From IMG/VR virus record IMGVR_UViG_3300021256_000005: DNA of 64,000 nucleotides; one strand, written 5' to 3'. This document shows positions 48,039 to 58,628 of the stretch, piece by piece. Position 1 is the first letter of the stretch; every line of letters starts with the position of its first letter. Both the position numbers and the translations under genes were made by a program. The notes under the pieces were generated by a model. The model saw only the letters and a list, made by a program, of their open reading frames with translations, had not been told where the DNA came from and did not search any database. This DNA is from a virus.

Positions 48039-50815
48039 ATTTGCACCTCTGTATATTTCTTCCCTAAATACTCTGCACCGCTTTTATCTTCAATTACCGC
48101 AATATGCCTACCTTCCGGTAGTATGCTCAAAATATCTTCGCCCAACATATCCCAGATGAACGCTTCATCAAAACCGGATGTTTTATTGCCAAAATCAATC
48201 AGCACGTTAAATAAGTCGTATGTATTAGTTACAAGTTCGTCCAATTTGCCACGATATTCTAAATCGAACATACGTTTGGCATTACTGATAATACGGTGAA
48301 AATCGTCGTCATTGATATTGTCAAGCAAGTGTCTCACTAATGAGAGATATTTATTATTACAATAGTCACGGTAAATCTCGTAAACAGTGTCGTAATTATA
48401 TCTCACTGGTGGCATCCCGTATGACATCAAAACATTTTCTCCCTTGATTTTACGGAACGAAATATTATCCTCAACCCGCTCAAATTTGTGGCAAAGCTTA
48501 TTCATAATGCATGGCGAATCCAGAACAGGAGAGAAGTATTCAACACGATTCACGAATTTACGTTCTTCTTTTGTTTTGTTCGGCTTATATTTCAAGTCGT
48601 TGTATTTGATTTGAAATTTTGCCTTACAGATTTTCTGAAAACTTTTCATATGATTTGTATACGATTTATGCAAATTATCATACAGATAAATCATAAAGTA
48701 CGGCTTCTTTGTAATCACCAACGAATTACGTTTGTATTTTGCGTCTATCACCTCTGGACTATCATTTTCTAAATCAATTTTTACACGCTTAATCCATTCT
48801 TCTGGAAATTCAGGAGATACACCAAGTTTAATTTTATCAATCTCTGCACCAATGATCTCACGCAGTAATTTCAGACGTGTTAAAATGATTCTATGTTCTT
48901 CTGGTTTGGTATCAGCAGGAAACAAAGGCAACATAGCATTGAGAGATGTGCTATTGTTCGTGATTTGACCTACTAAAGTGTCGAATCCGTCCATATCGCA
49001 AGCAATCATGTTAGCGTATGTCGGCTTTCGTTTCGGTGCTTTGTCTTTGTCATATGTGATTACATTGTTTTTATAATACGCCCCCTCAATTAGTTGCTGA
49101 TTATCAGTTGTAAACGCAATATCACCGTCGAAATCCGAGTCACTATGGCGTATTGTGCTAGTATCATAAATACTATACACGATTCCAGAATACAAATACT
49201 GAAACCATTGTTCGCATTCATCGTCATCGTACACAGATAAGATATTATGTTCATGCCGATCCACCATAGGACTTCGCATCGCATCTATAGTATTTACACC
49301 ACGGTTCAGCCAAAACTGTGTATATACACAATTAGCAGGAATAAACCCCTGTATTGGCATATTAGAAGCTTGTTGCAGTAGCGGAATAGGATCAGCCAAC
49401 TGGAACTGATAATTTCCCTTCGCCCAAACACGACCAAGTTTTGCTTGCTTGAATGATTCCTTAATACTGTGATAAATCTTACGCTGTATGTATTCGTCTT
49501 TAAGCAAGTCTTGATTTTTCACAATTGCCTTTGTAAATAAACTACCGCAACTATTCATCATATCCTGCCAAGTTTCATCGGCGTGTTTACACCCAATAGC
49601 ATACAGATTAGCGTATAACGATTCACCGCTACAGATTTTTTGAAACCATTCAATTGTCGGCTGTATCAACTCGTCTATCGCTTTATCGGACAATCCGCAA
49701 TTCTGAATGTACTGGTAATTCAGTTGAGAATATTCTGCGTCATATTTTTTGTTGTATCTAGCAACACCCCAGTACAGTCCGTATTTGTCATGATAGTCAA
49801 CATACTCACGCACCGATGAATAGTAATCATGCATCTTAAACTGCGACTCTGTGAGTAAAACGTCTATTTCGTCCACATTAAACAATTCGCCGTAAATACT
49901 GCGGATTTCAGTTACCCCACACCGTTCCTTTAAGTATTTACGGAAATCAAACGTCAGCAGATTGCCCTTTACGAATGCCGTCCTAATTACGAACTGGCAA
50001 GCAGTATATCCAATCCCCATATCCTCAGACCAAAGTTCAGCCATTTCTGGCGTGATTAAACCTTCGCCATCACAGCTGTTCAAAACAACGTCCATAGTAG
50101 TAGGTTCGACTGTCTTTGTTCCATCCTCATGCTTCACGATATAGTCTATCTTCTGCTGTGGAATAGTAGTTTCAACGTCAGCAATTACGCAAATTCGAGG
50201 TTTTCTCACCCACAGAACGGAAGAAAACGACAGGGCAAAATACGCTGATAGTTTCGACAGTACAATTTCATCAATCGTACCGTAGAGTCCGCAGTACAAA
50301 TGTTCATTGAGTATATCGTAATATTCATCGTTGATAAACGTCACGGTATTACGTCTCATTTGTCCTGCACCACAACAGAACCGAACGTAATGTTTACCAT
50401 TGCAGTAGAAGCCGTGTTCCGCTATATGCTTATAGTGTGCCTTATTTACAACTTTGACATTGATAAAATCCGTCAGGTAAGTCATATCGAGTAGTTTGTC
50501 CTTCAACTGTTTAATAGACTTTTTGGTACGCTGATTTGTGTGCTTTGTACGTACTTTATCAATTTGTACCCGCACTTCTTGAATGTCGTTGTATAATTCA
50601 AGCGGTGTGCGTTTCTCCCCCTGTAAGTCTCTCAGCTTGCGTAATACTAAATTGTCACCAATGGAAACAATTTCTTTATTTTTAACCGCCTTCTGATAAC
50701 TGTACTGTCCCAGATCGAATCGTGGCTCAGTTGGTAGTTTCCCACCAACTAAACCTGTCCGATAAATCTTCGTTGTTTTAATTTTTAGTATGTCGTATAA
50801 AATTTGTTTTGGCAT
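48035..50815 (-). CDS. YonO-like single-subunit two-barrel RNA polymerase (related to cellular RdRP and multisubunit RNAP beta-prime)
   Basis: AMRSPMVDRHEHNI, about 35 residues, then HSDSDFDGDIAFT mirrors the RNP ... H ... DxDGD catalytic arrangement of the QDE-1/YonO family. The 926-aa size and the HU-like neighbour parallel SPbeta yonO-yonN. Confidence 0.7.
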   Translation of the reverse strand: MPKQILYDILKIKTTKIYRTGLVGGKLPTEPRFDLGQYSYQKAVKNKEIVSIGDNLVLRKLRDLQGEKRTPLELYNDIQEVRVQIDKVRTKHTNQRTKKSIKQLKDKLLDMTYLTDFINVKVVNKAHYKHIAEHGFYCNGKHYVRFCCGAGQMRRNTVTFINDEYYDILNEHLYCGLYGTIDEIVLSKLSAYFALSFSSVLWVRKPRICVIADVETTIPQQKIDYIVKHEDGTKTVEPTTMDVVLNSCDGEGLITPEMAELWSEDMGIGYTACQFVIRTAFVKGNLLTFDFRKYLKERCGVTEIRSIYGELFNVDEIDVLLTESQFKMHDYYSSVREYVDYHDKYGLYWGVARYNKKYDAEYSQLNYQYIQNCGLSDKAIDELIQPTIEWFQKICSGESLYANLYAIGCKHADETWQDMMNSCGSLFTKAIVKNQDLLKDEYIQRKIYHSIKESFKQAKLGRVWAKGNYQFQLADPIPLLQQASNMPIQGFIPANCVYTQFWLNRGVNTIDAMRSPMVDRHEHNILSVYDDDECEQWFQYLYSGIVYSIYDTSTIRHSDSDFDGDIAFTTDNQQLIEGAYYKNNVITYDKDKAPKRKPTYANMIACDMDGFDTLVGQITNNSTSLNAMLPLFPADTKPEEHRIILTRLKLLREIIGAEIDKIKLGVSPEFPEEWIKRVKIDLENDSPEVIDAKYKRNSLVITKKPYFMIYLYDNLHKSYTNHMKSFQKICKAKFQIKYNDLKYKPNKTKEERKFVNRVEYFSPVLDSPCIMNKLCHKFERVEDNISFRKIKGENVLMSYGMPPVRYNYDTVYEIYRDYCNNKYLSLVRHLLDNINDDDFHRIISNAKRMFDLEYRGKLDELVTNTYDLFNVLIDFGNKTSGFDEAFIWDMLGEDILSILPEGRHIAVIEDKSGAEYLGKKYTEVQI

Positions 50816-50824
50816 ATATTCCTC

Positions 50825-52564
50825 TTAAATAATCCACGCTTCACATTGAATATTGCTAATATTTAATTCGTGTTTAGCACGTGTCATTGCTACATACATA
50901 AGTCGTGCTTCGTTTTCTGGTGCGTCACGCCAACTTGGAAACCTATCTGGCTCGCAACCAATAATATACACACGGTCAAATTCCAATCCTTTACTGCCAT
51001 GAATCGTCATAAGAGAAACACCGCTATGATCGGATTTCTTTTTCTTATGATTCATCGTGCTAAATACAATAAAGTTATCAATCGAACTAAACCGCCACGC
51101 CATAGAAGTAAGGTTGAAAATTGAATCTCGTTTATCTTCGACTGATACTGAATCATATCGTTCATCAAGCCACTGATTCACCCTGCACAGTGCAACAATA
51201 CTATCAATGATTTTTCCAACCTGCACGTTCCGTTCTTCTTTGGTCTTTAACCGAGAAATTATATTATTGAGTTTCTCTACGTTATCTCTTTCAAATGCCT
51301 TGTCAAACTTGTGGTCAAGTAATGCTTCATACATAGAATAGTTTCGCATGGTGGCTTCTGCCCGCAGATCATCTACCAAACTTGACTTAAAGTAAGTAGC
51401 AGGGTATAAGCGTGATTCTAACAGTTGTTCCAATGCTTCATCATCACTTGTGCGATTAACTAATCTTAATACCGCCATAATACCTTTAATCGGCTGACGC
51501 TCAAAAAACGAATCACTACTATATAGCGTGTAAGGAATGTTCTTATCTTTTAGCAAGGCTTCAAGCGAGTCTACCATTGCGTTGTTACGGTACAGAACAG
51601 CCGTGTTGTTCAATTCTGCTTCTGACAGCTTCGACAAACGTTCACAAATACTCTCTGCTTCATCCAATGGAGTATCATAAGTGCTTATATTTATTTTAGT
51701 TTTAGAGCAGTCATTAGCTTTGGCGTAATATTTTACCTTGTCACCCACAAAAGGTTTAATAAAATCATTAGACGCCGTTACTATTGTATCGTTGGAGCGA
51801 TAGTTCGTATTCATGTAGATTACGTGATCCGCTTTATTACTGAACTGATAAAACAGCTCAGAATTAGCACCCCGAAACGAATAAATAGATTGTAAATAAT
51901 CGCCTACAATGAAGATGTTGTTATCAGGACACATCAATTCCATTAACTTGTACTGAACTACGTTGTTATCCTGCGCTTCATCGTTCAATAAGTATTTCCA
52001 AGTACGTCCAATATTGTCCGCCTGATATTCCTTTAAGGTAAGCAGTAACCATTCGTCAAAGTCGTACAGATGATGTTTATGACAGTAGTCCTGATAATCG
52101 CTGTAGTAGTAGCGCATCTGCTTCTCAGAGTATTCGCAATCCTTCTCCTTAAATTCATCGGTTGGATAAATACCCCAGTTTTTCTGATAAGAAATCCAAG
52201 CACGAATATCTTTGATGTTAATTTTTGGATTGTCTTTCGACCATCTGCGTTTCAGCTGATAATCTTTTGGCATATTGAGAAGATCCTCGTAACCGATTTC
52301 TTCCAATAAACGCTTGCAGATTGAGTGCATTGTGCCAGTGGTGACGCCGGTAATATTTTTGTCTGCCAGTTTCTTCTTTAGATCATTAGAAGAAGCAAGA
52401 GTGAAAGACAGAGCAACAATGTCATTTGGATTGATGCCTTGTTCAATCATATAGTTAATCCGTTCTACTAATACAGTAGATTTTCCGGAACCCGCTGAAG
52501 CAACCACTTGAACAGAACCGTCAATTGTGTGAATTGCTTCAAGTTGCTGTTTGTTATATTCCAT
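50825..52564 (-). CDS. UvrD/PcrA/Rep-type SF1 DNA helicase (579 aa)
   Basis: Walker A (ASAGSGKST), motif II (LLNDEAQDNN), YRSN, TIHGSKGLEFDRVYI and VAMTRAKHEL are all present. Confidence 0.9.
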   Translation of the reverse strand: MEYNKQQLEAIHTIDGSVQVVASAGSGKSTVLVERINYMIEQGINPNDIVALSFTLASSNDLKKKLADKNITGVTTGTMHSICKRLLEEIGYEDLLNMPKDYQLKRRWSKDNPKINIKDIRAWISYQKNWGIYPTDEFKEKDCEYSEKQMRYYYSDYQDYCHKHHLYDFDEWLLLTLKEYQADNIGRTWKYLLNDEAQDNNVVQYKLMELMCPDNNIFIVGDYLQSIYSFRGANSELFYQFSNKADHVIYMNTNYRSNDTIVTASNDFIKPFVGDKVKYYAKANDCSKTKINISTYDTPLDEAESICERLSKLSEAELNNTAVLYRNNAMVDSLEALLKDKNIPYTLYSSDSFFERQPIKGIMAVLRLVNRTSDDEALEQLLESRLYPATYFKSSLVDDLRAEATMRNYSMYEALLDHKFDKAFERDNVEKLNNIISRLKTKEERNVQVGKIIDSIVALCRVNQWLDERYDSVSVEDKRDSIFNLTSMAWRFSSIDNFIVFSTMNHKKKKSDHSGVSLMTIHGSKGLEFDRVYIIGCEPDRFPSWRDAPENEARLMYVAMTRAKHELNISNIQCEAWII

Positions 52565-52679
52565 ACAGTCTCCTTTTATAAATTTATGTTTGGTTTAAGA
52601 ACAGTATAATCCGGAATGGGGTTAAAGTCAAGAGAAAATAAAAATAAATTAAGTATTGACAAAATTAAAAAGTTGTGTT

Positions 52680-53580
<901 letters not shown>

Positions 53581-53599
53581 TTAAACAGTGTGGTTGCTA

Positions 53600-56365
53600 T
53601 ATATTATTATTTATTAAATATTTTATCTATTACTTTATCTATCGTTTGTATTATTCATTCACACTATTGAATTGTTATTATATACCCATACAACAACACA
53701 CAGTCATTTTGTGCGCTGTTTTATATATGCAGTTTAATAAGTTTACCCTAAATTATTAAAACGTCTGTATAAGCCTAATAGATATGTTATTTGAGGTGTG
53801 CCTTTTTTGGCGGGTTCTATTTTGTTGCGTGCTAGTTCCTGAGCTGTTTAGTTTATTATTTAATCGCTGTTATTTGCGCCGCCAAATTATATATACCAAA
53901 CGTCCTGTATTTTTAGCGTGTTTGTATTTGTTTGGTTGCCTATTTAGTTTAGTGTTCTGTAAGATGAGACAGTAAACTATTTGGATGTTATATTTAGTTA
54001 TATATTATATTATATATTTATATATTATTGACTGTCCAATTATTTTTCTGCGCCTTGTATCTTTGTCGGCTTTGTTTTATATTATTACTACAGTATTTTA
54101 TAGAACCGCTTGTCTGAAACATGCCTATATCTACACCTATTGATTGTACGCATGTTTTTATGACACCACCCTATAACTTTTACGTCTGAGAATAAAAACG
54201 TCTATATGAGCGTTTTAGAGCATTGTATAATACATTGATGATTGTCTATGTGTTTTGTTTAGTTAAATAAATTTAATTAAATTTCTTTAAGTATTTATTG
54301 GTGCGCCACTAGAAATATAGGCAGTATTTGACTGCTTTGTTTTGCGATGGTAAACTGTATTAAATAATTATTTGCGTGTTTTATTACCGCCTGCGAAATA
54401 GAATAATGTATATTTATTCATTGTTTATACATTTTGACTTGTTTGGTTGTTAATTTTTGCGGCTGTAATTTTTGGTTGTAGCCGTTAATGTTTGCGATGG
54501 TCTGTTTAATGTGTAAATATACCCCGCCTGTTTATTAAGTATGAGATCGCTGTTGGAGTACTTTTTTAATGTGTTTTGTATGTTATTTAGCTGAAAGATA
54601 GTTAAGCCATTAAGCAGTCAATTAGTTTAGATGATTGTTTTATGTTTGATTGAACAGAGCAATAGTGGTTGTTTCGTATTATTATATAGCACTTAAATGA
54701 TTGCTATTGTTTTGCTGATGGTTTATTCTGCGTTATTAGACAGCTAATTAGTTGAGCAGATATATGCTAATTTGTCCGCGCTGTAATTAGTTTATTTATT
54801 GGAGCAGTAAGTGATTTGCTAGTTCTATATTGCAGTTGTTTAGTCAGTGATGTTTGATGTTAAATTAGTTAGGTTCCTAACTAACTAGGTGCTAAGCCAT
54901 TTTTGTGGCGACTGAGGGTGTTATTTTATATTAATTATATATAGTTACTAATTAGTTACTAGTATTTAGCGGTTGATAATATAGTGCAGGACAATTGCCT
55001 AATTTATATGGTTACTTATTGGTTACTAATTATGTTGTTGTTTTATGCAGTGAGTGGATTCTATTAGGCGATTGAGAAGTTGATTCTGGCAGTTAATTAT
55101 TATTGAATTAAGCCGCTGAATTACTTTATTTGATTGTTGTTTTGGAAGGTGTTATTTTGTGTTGATTCGAAATTATTAGGACGTGATGTAACTAATTGTA
55201 GTTACTAATTGGTTATTAGTTACTTATTAGGTATTAAGTATGTTGTTAGTTATTTATTAGTTACGTTGCGATTTATTTAGTTGCTTCTTAATTTATTTAT
55301 GTTTTGTAATATTACTTATTCTGCGACTGATTAAGTATTGGGAAATTCATTAATCTACTGATTTTGTTATGGTTTCTAAGATATCTTCTGACGTAAAATT
55401 GGTTTTGATTAATAGTTAAATATATTTAATTATTTAGTTGAGTAGTTTTACGATTGCTGTATTGATCTGATTGTAGTTGGTAAGAAGTAATATTATTGGC
55501 TGTTAGAACTATATGGTATTAGCAGAGTATATGATTGTTGTAGTTTAGTGGTTAATTTGTTGTGTTGTTTAATTATTAAACAGTGATTTATTTAGTAGCG
55601 AGCAACAATAAGTAATAAGTTTTTAGTTAGAGTGTTAATTAGTTGTAGTGCTGATTGAACACTGATGGTTTAGTAGTGATTTATTAGAGTGATGATTGAT
55701 TTATTTATGTTTTGGTAAATTTATTTGGTTTTTGTAAATAATTTTAGGTAGATATATTTAATTATTATTTATAATGACTGAGTTGGCAAGTTATGAATGT
55801 TACTTGAAGTATTCAATTCATTTTAATAAGCCTGAGATTTTCTTGTGTCGATTTAACTTATTGAGAGTAGTTTTATAGGACGCAATTCTGATGGAACAGT
55901 TTAACAATAAGGCTACTTGATCGTTTAATTAATTAGTTAGTTATTAGGTTTTTAGTTTTTTAGAGATTGATTTAGTGGATAGTTATTTATTAATGCGGGA
56001 TTTGGTGAGTAGAACTTTTATTTAGTGAATGTGGCAGTTTGATAAGTAGGTGATGGTATAGGTTGTTAGTTAGTAATGTTGATTGGTGGTAGTGTTTATA
56101 GATTAGTGGTTATTTAGTGAATTAGTTAGTGATTGTTGCTGATGTTGATTGGTTGATAGTGTATTAGTTATGATGTTTGTTTGATTGATAGGTGTGATGG
56201 CTGTTTGTGGGTGAGTGAGTTATTTGGTAATTTTATTTGATTTTTTTGTAATTAGTTTTTGTTAGTTTCTTTAATAGTGAGTTATTTATTTGGTGAGTTT
56301 GTTGGATTTTTGGAATGTTAGTGAGTTTTTAGTGAGTTGGGAAGTGAGAAGGGTGAGATTTTGAC
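53600..56365 (+). other. About 2.7-kb ORF-free tract, G+T-rich on the plus strand, with C depletion increasing rightward
   Basis: By my count there are 7 C in 55921-56364 (444 nt). Stop codons are dense in all six frames. Confidence 0.85.
54943..55265 (+). repeat. Cluster of at least 8 GTTACTAAT / GTTACTTAT / GTAACTAAT iteron-like motifs
   Basis: Copies occur at 54944-54953, 54955-54964, 55011-55020 and 55022-55031. Further copies are at 55188-55197, 55201-55210 and 55219-55228, with degenerate copies out to 55265. Confidence 0.7.
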
Positions 56366-56617
56366 GGGGTGTGTGAGTTTACCTCCATATAGCTATTTTA
56401 GCTTTACACTTTTGTCAAAATGTATAAATAACCCCCTTTTGACGTCGGATAATAAAAATTACCCGACATGGCACTTTTTTGACATTTATGTCAAAAACTT
56501 AATAGTTAAATTTTTTTAACTAATTTTTTAATTATATATTATATATTATGCATAATATATTATATATCATATATTATATAAAATTATATTTGACACAATA
56601 TAAATTTCCAGAGCAAC

Positions 56618-56718
56618 AAAATACTTAAAAATCTTTAACCATTCCCATCCCATCAAAAATACTTAAAATAATTTAACTATTATTTTTGCTCTAAAAATAC
56701 TTAAAAATTTTTAACTAT
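56618..56718 (-). repeat. Three direct repeats (about 38-bp period) of AAAATACTTAAAA-N-TTTAAC(C/T)AT, the reverse complement of the TAGTTAAA-N-TTTAAGTATT boxes
   Basis: Copies lie at 56618-56642, 56655-56680 and 56693-56718. They sit 100-200 bp upstream of the consensus promoter at 56815. Confidence 0.75.
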
Positions 56719-56814
56719 CTCACCAGAACAAAAAATATATTTCATCAAATATAATTTGATACAACGTTATGCTGCACGTCACCAAACAAAAAATAAATTT
56801 TTTCCAAAAACCTA

Positions 56815-56843
56815 TTGACACAACGCGATACTAGTGCTATACT
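56815..56843 (+). promoter_or_regulatory. Near-consensus sigma-A/sigma-70 promoter with an extended -10 and an A/T-rich UP-like tract
   Basis: TTGACA (56815-56820), a 17-nt spacer ending in TGC, then TATACT (56838-56843). Upstream is aaaaaataaattttttccaaaaa. Confidence 0.8.
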
Positions 56844-56849
56844 ATAGTC

Positions 56850-57430
56850 AAGATAAAGATATAACTTATTTATCTTATCGTTCGGGCACTCTGCCCGCCC
56901 ACCGCTATCACAGCGGGCGTACCTTGACAAGTTACCTGTTGGTAACTCATAAGATAGGAGAACACCGTGACGGGTGAACTCTGCCTATCGTTAGTTTGAT
57001 AATTCTAACGCCTAAAAATTATCAGCCTATCTATAGGCGTAGTTTGCATACCCATGATAGGTTTACTATGAAATCGGCAACTGAAACCGTAGTTATGATA
57101 GAGTCGTTTAGACTCAAGTAGTCGGGTACAAGCCGAGTAGTAAATTGGGATTCATGGCAGACAAACTACAGCTATAGACAGGTGACTTACCCTTTGTATA
57201 TGTGAGGGTGTCGGGCTTTTCGGGTGTCCCATCAATACATCCAGGACGAAAATCATATACCGAACAAAATTGTCAACCGACGTGCCAGGGGTTGAATGTT
57301 TGCGGACTCAGTGCGCTTAAATAGCAGATAAATTTACACCGCAACATTGGCCGCCTGGTATGTCGTTACCTTGTAAGTTGCTTTAATTGCATGAGTTTAT
57401 CGTGCAATTAACGCAACTTATAAAGCGCAA
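56850..57430 (+). ncRNA. About 580-nt helix-rich untranslated RNA (long leader or stand-alone large ncRNA candidate)
   Basis: No ORF of 60 aa or more in this orientation. GC content is clearly higher than the surroundings. Many local hairpins are present: cgggca/tgcccg, agttacc-tgtt-ggtaact at 56930-56947, cgttag/ctaacg, and a 17-bp hairpin at 57374-57420. Confidence 0.5.
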
Positions 57431-57447
57431 TAAAAAAGGAGAAAACT

Positions 57448-58023
57448 ATGTTAAAATTTAATCAGATTTCAAACGGCTTTATTGACAAGACAGCAAAGGA
57501 AAACAAGGCGGGCATTACCCGCATAATTAACTACGGCGTATCCCTCGTTGATCACGCCGAGAAACTTCTGTCTTTGCAGGAAGAAAAGAAGGAAGCAGAA
57601 AACAATCTGAATTCTGCTTCTGAAAAGTTAGACGGCACAATCTCCATTGACGAACGTGCCGCAACTCTGTTATCGTATCGGCTGAAAGTTAACGCAGTCA
57701 GTGAGAAGATTAAAGCAGAAAACAAAAGTTTTCGCTCGAAATCAAAGGTATTCACCGATGCCTTCAAGACGTCTGAATTATATCAGGCGTACAAAGAGTT
57801 TGACGGAACTGGAAACAGTTACCTTGATGCCATGTCAACGTTTCTTGATTTAGTCGGTATTGTACCGACTAAAAAAACTGTCAAAAAACTTTGCCGTCTT
57901 GCTGGTGGCTCAGTAACTACTGGCAATAAAGAAATAATAAATTGCCAATTCACAAAACGCCTGTCTAAAAAGGCGTTTGAAACTTTAATCATTAGATTGC
58001 TGTGTGAAGAGTTCGCACAATAA
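57448..58023 (+). CDS. Hypothetical early protein (191 aa)
   Basis: Strong RBS (AAAGGAG). Helical protein with no motif recognised. Confidence 0.65.
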   Translation: MLKFNQISNGFIDKTAKENKAGITRIINYGVSLVDHAEKLLSLQEEKKEAENNLNSASEKLDGTISIDERAATLLSYRLKVNAVSEKIKAENKSFRSKSKVFTDAFKTSELYQAYKEFDGTGNSYLDAMSTFLDLVGIVPTKKTVKKLCRLAGGSVTTGNKEIINCQFTKRLSKKAFETLIIRLLCEEFAQ

Positions 58024-58039
58024 TTAGAAGGAGGAAATT

Positions 58040-58225
58040 ATGAGTTGGTTTGATGCAACAAAAAATTATCACGGGTATACAAAAGAAGAGTTCTATTCGG
58101 TATTCACCGATGAAGAACTCAATAGGAAATATGCCGAACTGGTTGAACATTATGATTCAATCAGGCAGGCTGACGCAGGGATACTATATGATATTCTCTG
58201 TGAACTATCAATAAAAATAAAATAG
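58040..58225 (+). CDS. Small hypothetical protein (61 aa)
   Basis: RBS GAAGGAGG; a terminator follows. Confidence 0.6.
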   Translation: MSWFDATKNYHGYTKEEFYSVFTDEELNRKYAELVEHYDSIRQADAGILYDILCELSIKIK

Positions 58226-58248
58226 GGCGCAAGCCCTATTTCTTTTTT
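58222..58248 (+). terminator. Rho-independent terminator
   Basis: An atagggc-gcaa-gccctat hairpin is followed by ttcttttttatt. Confidence 0.8.
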
Positions 58249-58317
58249 ATTATTATATATACATGTGTCACGTTTAATGGGTTCCCATAAAAACGTGGCA
58301 GAACAGAAAGGGACACG

Positions 58318-58593
58318 ATGAAAAAGAAAATAATCATTTTAGCTGTAGCATTCGGCATGGCTTTAATCATTGGTGGTCACTCTGACTATGAAACCACTAG
58401 AGCAGAAAAAGATGTCTTTTCTACTTATTCCACCGTTGAAAATATCAACGGTCAAACATGCGTAAATGTCAAAGGTGATTACTTCGCTTTTGATGATGAT
58501 TCAATCAAAGAAAACAACTACGTGAGTGTTACAGTTGATACTCACGGTTCAGACAATAAGCATGACTGGACACTTGTCCGAGTGTGCAAGTAA
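58318..58593 (+). CDS. Small secreted or membrane-anchored protein (91 aa)
   Basis: Signal-peptide-like N terminus (MKKKIIILAVAFGMALIIGG). Confidence 0.6.
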   Translation: MKKKIIILAVAFGMALIIGGHSDYETTRAEKDVFSTYSTVENINGQTCVNVKGDYFAFDDDSIKENNYVSVTVDTHGSDNKHDWTLVRVCK

Positions 58594-58628
58594 CCAATAA
58601 GATATAGATAAATATAAAGGAGCAAACT

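Noticed and set aside
53600-56365. Hidden protein-coding genes readable with a recoded stop codon (TAG or TGA reassignment, as in some gut phages).
   Set aside because: TAA, TAG and TGA are all frequent in every plus-strand frame. On the minus strand, which has almost no G, TAA is still dense in all frames. No single reassignment opens a long frame. The flanking genes read cleanly in the standard code.
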